Source: a virus | Lineage: Duplodnaviria; Caudoviricetes | Strand: one strand, 5' to 3' | IMG/VR virus record: IMGVR_UViG_3300031555_001762 | DNA: 64,000 nt | The notes under the pieces: model-generated | What the model was told of the DNA's origin: nothing | Databases searched by the model: none | The model's input: only the letters and a program-made list of their open reading frames with translations | In this document: positions 37,985 through 47,912 of the stretch, one piece after another | Position numbering within the stretch: position 1 is the first letter of the stretch | Layout: every line of letters starts with the position of its first letter | Position numbers and translations under genes: made by a program

Positions 37985-38396
37985 GATTATCATCGCTGGG
38001 TCAAGGAGTTTTGGCAGTTTCACCATTCTAGAAAAGGAATGTCATAAGATTTTCAAATCATTATCTGAAGAAGGATATCTTAGCGGAAATGTAAAAACAG
38101 ACTGCGCCAATATTGAAATCATTAGCGGTACTGCTAATGGAGCAGATAGGTTTGGAGAAGCATTTGCGTTAAAATACGGAATCGAAGTTAAAAGGTTCCC
38201 TGCTCAATGGCACAAATATGGTAAAAGTGCTGGATATGTAAGAAACAATATCATGGCACAATATGCAGCTAAGAGCGATGATCTTGGTGTGTTGATTGCG
38301 TTTTGGGACGGCAAGAGCAGGGGGACAAAGATGATGATCGATATTGCTAAGAAAAATAATTTAAAGGTTTTCGTGATTAATGTTGAAAGCGAATAA
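37977..38396 (+). CDS. SLOG-family (YspA/DUF2493-like) protein
   Basis: IIIAGSR, ISGTANGAD, AGYVRN, AFWDGKSRGT. Confidence 0.85.
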   Translation: MLRIIIAGSRSFGSFTILEKECHKIFKSLSEEGYLSGNVKTDCANIEIISGTANGADRFGEAFALKYGIEVKRFPAQWHKYGKSAGYVRNNIMAQYAAKSDDLGVLIAFWDGKSRGTKMMIDIAKKNNLKVFVINVESE

Positions 38397-38458
38397 TAGA
38401 ATGTGCTAGAATAACAAATAAGGTTATATGTTAAATACTTTATTAGAGAGGAGGATAA

Positions 38459-39490
38459 ATGAATCTAAATGAAATACATAAGAAGGTTGCGTCTGAAGAA
38501 TATGATTTCCTCAAAACCAACCCACACTTGGGTGAGAATATTATACTGCTTGGCTTGGGCGGTTCTCATGCATATGGTACTAACACGATAAATTCAGATT
38601 TGGATATTCGTGGCTGTGCGTTGAACAGCAAGGCAGAGATTCTTACCAAGGATAATTTCGAGCAAGTTGTACATAAAGAAACGGATACGACAATCTATTC
38701 ATTTAACAAGCTCGTTGACTTACTTGCTGGTTGCAATCCTAATATTGTTGAACTTGGCGGCTTAAAGAAGGAGCATTATCTTTATGTATCTCCAATTGGT
38801 CAAGAGATTCTTGATAACTTCAATATGTTTCTATCTAAGAAAGCAGCGTATACTTTTGGAGGTTATGCCTCTGCTCAGCTTCGCAAGCTGGACAACAAGG
38901 CTGCTAGAAAGCTAAGTCAGCCAGATAAGGAAGTTCATATTCTAAAAAGCATTAACAATGCAGCTCTTGATTTTAAGGGTAAGTTCTTTGACTACCCAGA
39001 TGATGCAATCAAGCTGTATATTGACAATGCCGTTAATCAAGAATATGAATCTGAAATTTTCATGGATGTTCATTTAACTCACTATCCGCTACGTGATTAT
39101 AAAAGCATGTGGTCTGTGATGAATAACGTTGTAAAAGACTATGCAAAGCTGGAACAGACTGGCAGGAACAAGCAGGCTATTGAGCATGGCAAACTATCGA
39201 AGCACATGATGCACCTTATCCGTTTGTATCTTATGTGTCTCGACATTCTAGAACGTGAAGAGGTTGTCACATACAGACCAGAGCATGACTTTCTTATGTC
39301 TATTAGAAACGGCGAGTATCTTGATGTCGATGGTCAGCCGCTGTCAGAGTTCTTTGAAATCGTAGATTATTATGAGAAGAAATTGGAATACGCAAAACAA
39401 AACACATCATTACCAGACAAGCCAGACCATTTAAATATCAACGAGTTTGTTATGAGTGTCAACGAGCGTATCGTTAAGGGGGAGATTTAA
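38459..39490 (+). CDS. YcgL/RlaP-like Pol-beta nucleotidyltransferase
   Basis: GGSHAYGT..SDLDIRG, CNPN..E, KHMMHLIRL. Confidence 0.85.
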   Translation: MNLNEIHKKVASEEYDFLKTNPHLGENIILLGLGGSHAYGTNTINSDLDIRGCALNSKAEILTKDNFEQVVHKETDTTIYSFNKLVDLLAGCNPNIVELGGLKKEHYLYVSPIGQEILDNFNMFLSKKAAYTFGGYASAQLRKLDNKAARKLSQPDKEVHILKSINNAALDFKGKFFDYPDDAIKLYIDNAVNQEYESEIFMDVHLTHYPLRDYKSMWSVMNNVVKDYAKLEQTGRNKQAIEHGKLSKHMMHLIRLYLMCLDILEREEVVTYRPEHDFLMSIRNGEYLDVDGQPLSEFFEIVDYYEKKLEYAKQNTSLPDKPDHLNINEFVMSVNERIVKGEI

Positions 39491-40731
39491 TGGAAATAAA
39501 TCTCCCAATTAACGTAAGGATTGTTCTTGATGCTCTTCATAACAGTGGATATCTCGCGTATGTGGTTGGCGGTTGTGTTAGAGATTCTATTCTGGGTAAA
39601 GAACCAAAGGATTGGGACGTAACGACATCTGCAAGACCAGAGCAGATAATCGAAGTGTTCAAAGGATACGAAGTTATTCCAACTGGTTTGCAGCATGGCA
39701 CTGTAACCATTGTGGTTGGTGGCATGCCTATAGAATGCACCACTTTCCGTGTGGAAGGCTGCTATACAGATGGCAGACATCCAGATAACGTTATGTTTGC
39801 ACTCAGCGTTGAAGACGATTTGATGCGCAGAGATTTTAGAATGAATGCAATTGCATATAATCCTTGGCATGGATTAGTAGATGTTTATAATGGTATCAAA
39901 GATTTAGATAACAAGGTTATCTGTTGCATGGGCAATCCTTATAACAGGTTTAATGAAGATGGTCTGAGAATTCTAAGAGCCATTCGCTTTGCTGCTCAAC
40001 TCGGCTTTGAAATTGAAAACGAAACTTCAAATGCAATCCATGATTGCAAGCATCTTCTTGATAACATTTCAAAGGAGAGAATTCAAAGCGAGCTATGCAA
40101 GATTCTAATGAGCGAACAATGTGGAAGTGCTTTGTTCGCATTGTATTACGATGTCTTTAAAATGCTACTACCATATACAAGAATTAGTTTTGGAAAGAGA
40201 TTTACTATGAGCAAAGTTACATCGTCAAATGAAAATGGAAATGATATTGTTTCAAGGTTAACACTGCTATTTGACGGAGACAGCTCTGACACTGTATATA
40301 AAAACTTAAAGGAACTTAAGTTTGGCAATGGAGTTATTACATGTGTTACTCAACTTGTAAACCATTGTAACGATCCTTTGCCTCTGAATAAACACGAAAT
40401 GAAACTGCTCATGTCAAAGTTAAATACGGAGCAAATGAACAGGTTGATTTTCATCAATAAATGCAAGGCTAAAAGAGCTGGCGAAGAAAGCTCTGAGTTC
40501 GCAGATGTTCTCAGAGCAAAATGTCTTTTTGATGAAGTTATTTCAAATGGTGAATGTTATAGCTTAAAACAGCTTAAAATTAACGGCAATGATTTGATGG
40601 ATCGTGGTGTTCCACAAGGCAAAGATGTTGGCAATATGCTAAATAGAATTCTTGATATGGTTATTAATGAGCAACTTGAAAATGACAGGGCTGCTCTATT
40701 GGAAATGGCTGATGAAATGATTGGTGGATAA
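39490..40731 (+). CDS. cca: CCA-adding tRNA nucleotidyltransferase
   Basis: VGGCVRD, DWD, TTFR, RRDF..NA, EDGLRILR, SKERI. Confidence 0.9.
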   Translation: MEINLPINVRIVLDALHNSGYLAYVVGGCVRDSILGKEPKDWDVTTSARPEQIIEVFKGYEVIPTGLQHGTVTIVVGGMPIECTTFRVEGCYTDGRHPDNVMFALSVEDDLMRRDFRMNAIAYNPWHGLVDVYNGIKDLDNKVICCMGNPYNRFNEDGLRILRAIRFAAQLGFEIENETSNAIHDCKHLLDNISKERIQSELCKILMSEQCGSALFALYYDVFKMLLPYTRISFGKRFTMSKVTSSNENGNDIVSRLTLLFDGDSSDTVYKNLKELKFGNGVITCVTQLVNHCNDPLPLNKHEMKLLMSKLNTEQMNRLIFINKCKAKRAGEESSEFADVLRAKCLFDEVISNGECYSLKQLKINGNDLMDRGVPQGKDVGNMLNRILDMVINEQLENDRAALLEMADEMIGG

Positions 40732-40743
40732 AGAGGTGACAAT

Positions 40744-41298
40744 GTGAAAGTAGATATCTTTGAACACGAAGATAACTGGCAAGGCATTAAAGATGCAACG
40801 ATGAACACCATTGGCAAAACCACTGGCAAGTATCCAACTTCAGAATGGAAGCGAAAGCTAATCATGGCTGAGCATTCTCCTATTCGCAGACTGAAGTTTT
40901 ACTGGCGTTGGTCTGACATCAAGTATTGGGTTAGCGTTCATTTAGTTCGACATAAAATCGGCATTGAACATTGGGTTGCTACACAGAGAACTGACCGTAC
41001 TGGCGTTGACAGAAACGAGATCCCACAGGGAGCACTTGTAAATCATGCAGCAGAAGCAGATGCTCAGGCTATGATTAACATTAGCAGAAAACGTCTCTGC
41101 ATGTGTGCAAGTCCAGAAACTCGTCAGGCGTGGCAAAAGGTAAAAGACAAGGTATCACAAGTAGAGCCAGAGCTTGCAAGTTGTATGGTTCGTGAATGTG
41201 TCTACCGTGGATTCTGTCCTGAAATGTATCCATGTGGCTTCAGCAAAACAGAAGCATTCAAGAAAGAACTTGCAGAATATAGAAAGGGGTTTGAGTAA
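40744..41298 (+). CDS. thyX: FAD-dependent thymidylate synthase (ThyX-like)
   Basis: EHSP, HLVRH...TQR, RLC..A..E. Confidence 0.75.
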   Translation: MKVDIFEHEDNWQGIKDATMNTIGKTTGKYPTSEWKRKLIMAEHSPIRRLKFYWRWSDIKYWVSVHLVRHKIGIEHWVATQRTDRTGVDRNEIPQGALVNHAAEADAQAMINISRKRLCMCASPETRQAWQKVKDKVSQVEPELASCMVRECVYRGFCPEMYPCGFSKTEAFKKELAEYRKGFE

Positions 41299-41301
41299 TA
41301 T

Positions 41302-41934
41302 ATGATTGAAATGACATACCTAAAAGAATTAAGAGACGAAGAAGACAAGGCGATAATTTCATTTGAAGGTGATGTACTTGATATTTACGAACTTCGCGAC
41401 TATGCAAAGGCGCTTAATCTCGTAAAGGGCGAAGTTAATGAAGGATATCGTCATGAATTCAAGACCAATGGCAAGAACTGCCGTGGCAATTGCAATGATG
41501 AAAGCAATTGTAAGTCTGATGAAGAGACATATTTTACATTTGACCTTGACGAGTTTATTGAAGCGCTGTCAGATACATTAAATATGGTGTGCGATGAAGA
41601 TATTTCAGATGAAAATGCTGAAGATGATAAGAGCGAATTGTGTGATATTGTAAGCGACATTATCATGGAAGAAGAAGACCTTGTAAACCATCCGCCTCAT
41701 TACACTAACTCTGGTATGGAGTGCATTCTTGAAATGATTATGCTATATGGCTTCGAGGAAACGATGTCATTTTGTAAGTTGAACGCTCATAAGTATCGTA
41801 AACGCGCTCTTGATAAGGGAGGCCGTCAGGATATTGATAAGAGCGACTGGTACATGAACACCTATAAAGAGTTGTTGTATGCTATGGAAATTGACATGAC
41901 ACCTCTTGAATACATTCTTAGCAAAACGAACTAA
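41302..41934 (+). CDS. DUF3310-domain protein
   Basis: C-terminal VNHPPHY...ECI...NAHKY..R...K...DIDK..WY. Confidence 0.75.
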   Translation: MIEMTYLKELRDEEDKAIISFEGDVLDIYELRDYAKALNLVKGEVNEGYRHEFKTNGKNCRGNCNDESNCKSDEETYFTFDLDEFIEALSDTLNMVCDEDISDENAEDDKSELCDIVSDIIMEEEDLVNHPPHYTNSGMECILEMIMLYGFEETMSFCKLNAHKYRKRALDKGGRQDIDKSDWYMNTYKELLYAMEIDMTPLEYILSKTN

Positions 41935-41957
41935 CAATTAAATAGATAAGGTTATAT

Positions 41958-41992
41958 GCGAGTGGAGTCAATCGACTCTGCTCGCTTTTTTC
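41958..41992 (+). terminator. Rho-independent terminator
   Basis: gcgagtggagtc / gactctgctcgc stem followed by T-tract. Confidence 0.65.
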
Positions 41993-42105
41993 TTGCGCAC
42001 ATATTCTTCTGAGAACTTTTCTTTTGCAATCTACGCAAATATGATATAGAATAAAGCTGTAGTAAAGATTAAAACTACATAAAATAAAACCAGAGGTGAA
42101 TAAAC

Positions 42106-43302
42106 ATGGGGAAAGATTTAAAGGGAAAGTCGCTAGGCACAGGGTATTCCCAACGCAAAGATAAACGTTATGAAGCTAGGGCAATGGTTAATGGCGTTAA
42201 AATTTGCCTGTATGACATGCATCTCCCAACACTAAAGAAAAGATTCGAAGAAGAGAAGGCTAAGATTCTAAGACAGGAAAAGAACATCAGGCCTAATCTA
42301 ACATTGGGTGAATGGTTTGAAGAATGGTTTTCCTCATATAAAGAACCAAGCTTAAAATCAGAGGTTTCAAAGAAGGCGTATCACAGAAAAGTGTCTAACA
42401 CTTACATAGCTGCAATAGGCGATAAAAAATTAGAAACAATAACCCATATGAACGTACAGAATACAACAAATGACCTTCTTAATAAATTCAAAGCAAGAAC
42501 AATCAGAGAGGCACTTGGAGTTCTAAGAGAATGTCTTGATATTGCGATGATGAATTCTTTAGTCAAAAGCAACCCATGCACAAATATCAATATAATAAAT
42601 GAAAACGAAGCCGTACAAGAACGTAGGGTTTTAAGTTCTCGTGAAATAGAAATGTTCTTAGAGGAAATCCAATATGAGTATTACAATGAAGCGTATCAAA
42701 TTCTACTGTTAACTGGTATGAGAATAGGAGAGTTCTCAGGTCTCCAATGGCAAGATATTAACTTCCAAACAAAGACGATTAAGATACAACGCAGTCTAAG
42801 CACTGGATATGTTGAGGGTAAGAAAATAGAATACCTAACATCTCCCAAGACAAGTAACAGTTATAGAACAATACCATTCTTCGGGAACGTAGGAGAGCTA
42901 TTCAAATCATGGAAGGTCAAACAAGATGAGCACAAAAAGAAACTTGGCAGCAGATGGAGATGCGGAGAAGAACTTGGGGATTTGGTATTCACCACAACGT
43001 TAGGTTCTCCAGTTACAAGATACGCATTGTCTCATAACATAGAAAAGGTATTAAAGAATATCAACGAAAAAGAGAAATACAATGCAGCTATCGAAGGAAG
43101 GGAACCACAATTGGTTGACCACATTTATCCTCACGCATTCAGACACACGTTTGCTACGAGATGCTTTGAAAAGAAATTAGATCCAGTTGTCATACAAAGA
43201 ATTATGGGTCACGCTGATTATTCGGTCACACTTAAATATACTCATATCTTGGAAACAAGATTGAGCGAAGAGATAGCAAAAGCAGAAGACTTCCTATTAT
43301 AA
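42106..43302 (+). CDS. int: phage integrase (tyrosine recombinase with N-terminal arm-binding domain)
   Basis: QRKDKRYEAR N-domain; TGMRIGE; PKT; HAFRHTFAT; MGH; Y. Confidence 0.93.
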   Translation: MGKDLKGKSLGTGYSQRKDKRYEARAMVNGVKICLYDMHLPTLKKRFEEEKAKILRQEKNIRPNLTLGEWFEEWFSSYKEPSLKSEVSKKAYHRKVSNTYIAAIGDKKLETITHMNVQNTTNDLLNKFKARTIREALGVLRECLDIAMMNSLVKSNPCTNINIINENEAVQERRVLSSREIEMFLEEIQYEYYNEAYQILLLTGMRIGEFSGLQWQDINFQTKTIKIQRSLSTGYVEGKKIEYLTSPKTSNSYRTIPFFGNVGELFKSWKVKQDEHKKKLGSRWRCGEELGDLVFTTTLGSPVTRYALSHNIEKVLKNINEKEKYNAAIEGREPQLVDHIYPHAFRHTFATRCFEKKLDPVVIQRIMGHADYSVTLKYTHILETRLSEEIAKAEDFLL

Positions 43303-43325
43303 GGGAGTCTTTTTTCTGTGTATTA

Positions 43326-43665
43326 AATTTGCGCATTTGCGTAAAACTATGATTTGCGTAAGCAACTGCGCAAATTTATTTTTTGCGTTTTTTTGCGGTT
43401 TCGTAGCGTTTGCGTAAAAGATTTAAAAGATGCTTGATAACGCCTTATAAATAAGGTAATATGTAAAAGGGCTTAACATATGGAGTTCTAAGAGATAACA
43501 ACAAGTAAGTATTTATAAACCCTTGATACACAAGGGATTGGAAGTAACCAAAATTTGCGTAAAATATACGCAACCTTATATCTAGGTTGTATGGTTTTGC
43601 GTCAAATTTGAGTATGAAAATGCGTAAGCAAACAGATTTATTTCCTTCAGATAAGTTTACGCAAG
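43326..43665. repeat. probable attP: clusters of TTTGCGTAA-like arm repeats around a core
   Basis: More than 10 TTGCG(T/C) copies in both orientations at 43326-43400 and 43553-43665, immediately downstream of int. Confidence 0.55.
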
Positions 43666-43789
43666 ATTAAATAAAGCGGCTGGTATTCAGCTATATAATA
43701 TCAACATAATTTTCGTTAAAAGGGGTAGCCAATAAAGGTTATCCCTTTTTTATATTGCCAATTGCTTTATTTATATTGTTTATATTAAT

Positions 43790-43885
43790 TCTATATAATT
43801 TATATAAAACGCTTGCGCATTATAATCATACATTATATAATTACTATAATATTTTATATAATTTATATAGAATATATAAAACATA
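43790..43885. promoter_or_regulatory. candidate parC centromere/promoter
   Basis: TATATAATTTATATA at 43792-43806 and 43855-43869, plus a partial copy, directly upstream of parM. Confidence 0.45.
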
Positions 43886-43906
43886 CCCAAAGGGGGATAA
43901 AACAAT

Positions 43907-45004
43907 ATGGCTATTTTTATTGGAGGAGAGAGTGCAAATTCATTTATAAAGATGGTGAGTTCTGTATCTAAGCTTGACGTTGCTGGCAATCCTATCGTAG
44001 ATACATATTTGAACACGCTGACAGAGGTAGATAAGTACGACGCATATGATGATGTCTCAGGCAAACTAAGGCCGCAACATTATGAGGTGGATGGCATCTA
44101 TTATCAAGTTGGATTGAAAGCAGAGACATCAGAGCAAGATAACTCATACTTAGATGGCATTGAAAGATACAAGCATCCTAACTTCAGGATTGAAACGTTG
44201 ATAGCTATTTATCGTCAGCTAGAGAAGGGCAATAAATTTGACGAGCCTATATATTATGTAACTGGCGTTCCTATCAAACACTTCAATAAGACAGTAGAGG
44301 ATACAATAAGAGACGTATTGATTGCAAATAATCACACGGTTAATGGCAAGCCAATCAATATCAAAGAGGTTAAAGTTATTAAGCAAGCATTATCATCTTA
44401 TTACAATGACCTGCTTGACAACAATGCGAAACCCAATGCAGATTTCTATCGTTCTATCAAAGATAAAAATCTTCTGTACTTTGATATAGGCTGGGGAACA
44501 AGCGACGTTCAACGAATCGTTGACAGAAAGCCAATGGGAGACAGTCATTTAGATGGCGTTATAACTATTGTAGACAGAATATACAAAGACGCTATAAGCC
44601 TTGGCACTATTGAAAGTGATAAGCTGAAAGCTCTTGGAGTTCCAAAGCTAGGCTTTCACAACGTAATCAAAACTGGAATCCTTAAATGCTCAAGAGATAT
44701 GGAGCTGGATATGAGAAAATCAAGAGAGAAACACGTTGCATCTTTTCTAAACTCAATATCAAGATTAACCAAGAGCGACTTTGAGCTATCTAATATAGAT
44801 ACTATTTACTTCTGCGGTGGCGGAGCAATAGCATTAGAGAACGATATTAAACAACACTTTAAGGAGTTTTTCGGTTATAATGATATACAGATATCAAAGA
44901 AATTTGTATTCGTATCTGGGGCGCAGCAAAGCAATGCTCGTGGGTACTATAAGTTTGCTTTGAAATATTTCCGAAAAGAAGCAGGAGTTGGAGTTGGTAG
45001 TTAA
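43907..45004 (+). CDS. parM: ParM/StbA-family actin-like partition ATPase
   Basis: N-terminal phosphate-1 loop variant (GGESANSFIK), VTGVP, Q, DIGWGTSD, CGGGA, NARGY. Confidence 0.8.
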   Translation: MAIFIGGESANSFIKMVSSVSKLDVAGNPIVDTYLNTLTEVDKYDAYDDVSGKLRPQHYEVDGIYYQVGLKAETSEQDNSYLDGIERYKHPNFRIETLIAIYRQLEKGNKFDEPIYYVTGVPIKHFNKTVEDTIRDVLIANNHTVNGKPINIKEVKVIKQALSSYYNDLLDNNAKPNADFYRSIKDKNLLYFDIGWGTSDVQRIVDRKPMGDSHLDGVITIVDRIYKDAISLGTIESDKLKALGVPKLGFHNVIKTGILKCSRDMELDMRKSREKHVASFLNSISRLTKSDFELSNIDTIYFCGGGAIALENDIKQHFKEFFGYNDIQISKKFVFVSGAQQSNARGYYKFALKYFRKEAGVGVGS

Positions 45005-45324
45005 TGTCTTACAAAGGTTACTCGTTCAACCTTCATAAAGAAGACGATAAGGAATTAATAGATTGGCTCAGCAACAAGAAGGTCACAAAGACAATTAAGA
45101 TTGCACTATACAATCAAATGAAGTCAGAAAGCAATACTATAGCAGGTGACAATTCCATTGAGCTACTATCTGCCATAAAGAAAGTCATTGAAAGCAATAA
45201 CAATATCAGCGATAAACAACCTGAAATTGCAGAGAGTCAAAAAGTAGCACCAAAGCAAAATGAAGATAAGAAGTCTTTGGACGGCGAAGACGCAGAAGAT
45301 TTCGAGAAGATATTCGATATATAA
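45004..45324 (+). CDS. ParR-like DNA-binding adaptor
   Basis: Small; TAATG-coupled to parM; RHH-like N-terminus (YSFNL..EDDKELIDWL); acidic tail. Confidence 0.6.
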   Translation: MSYKGYSFNLHKEDDKELIDWLSNKKVTKTIKIALYNQMKSESNTIAGDNSIELLSAIKKVIESNNNISDKQPEIAESQKVAPKQNEDKKSLDGEDAEDFEKIFDI

Positions 45325-45331
45325 AAATCGT

Positions 45332-45365
45332 AAAAAAAAGGGAGTAGCTTAATTGCTACTCCCTA
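45332..45365. terminator. terminator between convergent gene blocks
   Basis: A8 tract, then gggagtagc-ttaatt-gctactccc. Confidence 0.7.
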
Positions 45366-45407
45366 ATTATTTGTTATCTGAAATCAAGATAACTAGTTAT
45401 CTGTTTT

Positions 45408-45435
45408 ATCCATTGAAATTCACATTTCAATGGAT
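45408..45435. repeat. perfect palindromic site (11-6-11), dif-like
   Basis: ATCCATTGAAA-ttcaca-TTTCAATGGAT. Confidence 0.8.
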
Positions 45436-45437
45436 GA

Positions 45438-45905
45438 TTAAACACCGATTACATATCTCAAAACGTAATTGTTGTTAGAGAATGTAATTCCGCATTGAGA
45501 CTCTGCTGCCTGACTATTTGCATCATCACCAGTGATGCCAGTGTCAGAGATGTGCAAATGCTTAGCACCAAAAGTCTTCATAGTTGCGTTGATAGTCATC
45601 AAGAATGTATGAGCACCACCGTTGTTTAATTCGACCATAACTTTAGGTACGAAGTGACAGCTCCAAGAATGATCTTGTGCGGTTGGCTCAGTGTCACCTT
45701 CGTTCTGTTCGAAATAAGAGAACACAAGAACAATGCCATGCTCCTGCTCACTTACCTTGCCATCAAATGCAACGGCGCTATCACCATTCATGAACTTTGC
45801 GCCTTCCCACAAAATTTTATTGTTACTATTATATTGGTCTACCATACCTAATAGCTCATCTATTTTCTTTCCTGTGTAGGATGATACATATTCGCTCATA
45901 TTCAC
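45438..45905 (-). CDS. tail-fibre-related protein
   Basis: N- and C-termini homologous to 51157-53190 (SYTG..I..LL; KILWEG...VLRYVIG). Confidence 0.7.
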   Translation of the reverse strand: MNMSEYVSSYTGKKIDELLGMVDQYNSNNKILWEGAKFMNGDSAVAFDGKVSEQEHGIVLVFSYFEQNEGDTEPTAQDHSWSCHFVPKVMVELNNGGAHTFLMTINATMKTFGAKHLHISDTGITGDDANSQAAESQCGITFSNNNYVLRYVIGV

Positions 45906-45916
45906 CTGCTTTATCT

Positions 45917-47602
45917 TTAAACTGCCATATACGGAACGCCATCTGAATTGTAGATAGTTACGATTCCGTAATGCAAAACAGAACCATCATTTGTCATAAA
46001 GTAATCATCGTTATTATCTTTAAACATCTCACCATCTGACGTTACAAAGTTTACATTGTTATCCATATAGAAATGAATCATACCTCTTTGTGGAACTCCA
46101 TCTTCTGAGTAGATAGTTACATAAGAACAAAGTAAAACCCACTGTGCATACAAATCAATCTCTACGTCTCCAATGTTAAAACTTTCTAAAATACCCAGCC
46201 TCTCAGCTAGTTCAGCACCAGAATCAAAAGACCCATCTTCAGGAACTACAACAATGCTTTCTATTTCAGGGTCAGATCCAGTACCCCAATATCCAGTTGC
46301 TTCATATCTAGTTCTCTTCATATAAGTGTCATCGTTTACACGAGAATAATTGTTAAGTCCTTCTGGAATTGAAGTAGCATATTTATACTCGCTTGTTCTA
46401 ACTATAACGTCTTTTTTATCTGAAGAAACATCTTTGCTCTCACCATCTACATAAGCATATGTAGCATAGTTGCTCTTATAATGAACAGTAAGAACATGCT
46501 CCCTCCACTGCGCGTATAAAGTAACAATTGCGCCATCATCAGAGGATAGATTCATTACTGGCTCACCATCGTTGTATGAATTGCCAGAGCCATTAGGTTC
46601 CGTGTTCCATCCAGTAAACGTATAACCAGTACGAACAAACGCATTAGAAGTTAAGTTCTTAGCGGTATCATAAGTGTGTGTTTGCGAAGATGTTGTACCA
46701 GTGCCACCGTTAGAATCATAATCAATAGTATACGTATTTGCCTTCCAAACGGCATAGAGAACATCGCTACTGCTAAGAGTTATGCTTCCTCCAGAGCTAT
46801 ATGATGAACTAGTTGCACTAGACGAAGTTGACCATCCTAAGAACGTATATCCTGTACGAGTTGGTTCTGTAGAGGATATTGTGAATTTATGCGATGTTGT
46901 AGCGTTATATATGGTTGCTGACTGTTTTGAAGGAGCGCCAGAACCTTTGTTGGCATCATATGATAATTCAATAATTTTCTTCCATATAGCAAACAGTTCA
47001 TCGCCAGCATTCGAAGTATAACTTCCTCCAGCCGCATAATCCACAGATGTATCACTTGCAGAAGTTCCCCACCCTTCAAACGTATATCCGCTTCTAGTAG
47101 GACTTGCACTAGAAAGAGTCAATGTAACTCCATGAGTTTTTGTTTGAGTAGAAGGTACACTGCCAAGACTACCGCCATTTGCGTTATATGTTACAGTATA
47201 AGTTTTTCTTGCTATACCATCTATGCTTCCGCTACCACTACCAGATATGGTTCCATAATATGTTCCAGATAATGTAACAGCCATCTCTTGACTATATGAA
47301 TATGAAAAACTTTTAGCAGAACCCCATGAATCATGGTAAATAGTAGTAGAACCAGTTGCTAATGTAGGAGATGCACCAGTTGAAGCAGATGGGTTGTTTG
47401 TTCCGCTATATTTTTGACCATTAACGGTTACAGACCAATCTCTGTCGTTGCAATTAATACTTCCATATCCATCATTAACCAGCTTAAGAGTCCAGCTAAT
47501 AACAGAGTAGTTTTCCGTATTAGAATAACTGCTTCTGCTCCATGAAAATTGTAAGTCCCAATTTTTATTAATGTCTACGCTAGAACTTCCACTTGTAGCC
47601 AC
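45917..47602 (-). CDS. InlB B-repeat (Listeria-Bacteroides repeat) virion protein
   Basis: Repeated YNANGG...PTRxGYTFxGW...LYAxW. Confidence 0.82.
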   Translation of the reverse strand: MATSGSSSVDINKNWDLQFSWSRSSYSNTENYSVISWTLKLVNDGYGSINCNDRDWSVTVNGQKYSGTNNPSASTGASPTLATGSTTIYHDSWGSAKSFSYSYSQEMAVTLSGTYYGTISGSGSGSIDGIARKTYTVTYNANGGSLGSVPSTQTKTHGVTLTLSSASPTRSGYTFEGWGTSASDTSVDYAAGGSYTSNAGDELFAIWKKIIELSYDANKGSGAPSKQSATIYNATTSHKFTISSTEPTRTGYTFLGWSTSSSATSSSYSSGGSITLSSSDVLYAVWKANTYTIDYDSNGGTGTTSSQTHTYDTAKNLTSNAFVRTGYTFTGWNTEPNGSGNSYNDGEPVMNLSSDDGAIVTLYAQWREHVLTVHYKSNYATYAYVDGESKDVSSDKKDVIVRTSEYKYATSIPEGLNNYSRVNDDTYMKRTRYEATGYWGTGSDPEIESIVVVPEDGSFDSGAELAERLGILESFNIGDVEIDLYAQWVLLCSYVTIYSEDGVPQRGMIHFYMDNNVNFVTSDGEMFKDNNDDYFMTNDGSVLHYGIVTIYNSDGVPYMAV

Positions 47603-47633
47603 AGATACTCACCTCCTTCTTCTATATGTATTT

Positions 47634-47912
47634 TTAATTTATCTGAATGTAAATAGTGTTTCTCTTCAATACATCACCATTTTCAATCTTGCTCCAATAT
47701 GTCTCGGCATCTTCCATACCCCAATGAATACCAAGATTGTGCAAGGCTTCGACCGCACTATTGGCACCAGTACCGCCATTTTCTACTGGTATAATACCAT
47801 TAACAATATCTTCAGCAGAATGAGTGTGACCAATATCTGCTTTCGTAGTTCTTGCAACTTCATCGCAAATTTCATAACCCATAAGAGTTTTCATAATAGG
47901 CATATCCGACAT
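47634..47912 (-). CDS. small tail-associated protein
   Basis: HTH repeat and PVENGGTGA fibre motif. Confidence 0.65.
   Translation of the reverse strand: MSDMPIMKTLMGYEICDEVARTTKADIGHTHSAEDIVNGIIPVENGGTGANSAVEALHNLGIHWGMEDAETYWSKIENGDVLKRNTIYIQIN

Noticed and set aside
43755-44064. ORFs 43755-43949 (+) and 43780-44064 (-)
   Set aside because: Low-complexity translation of AT-rich repeats and antisense to parM.
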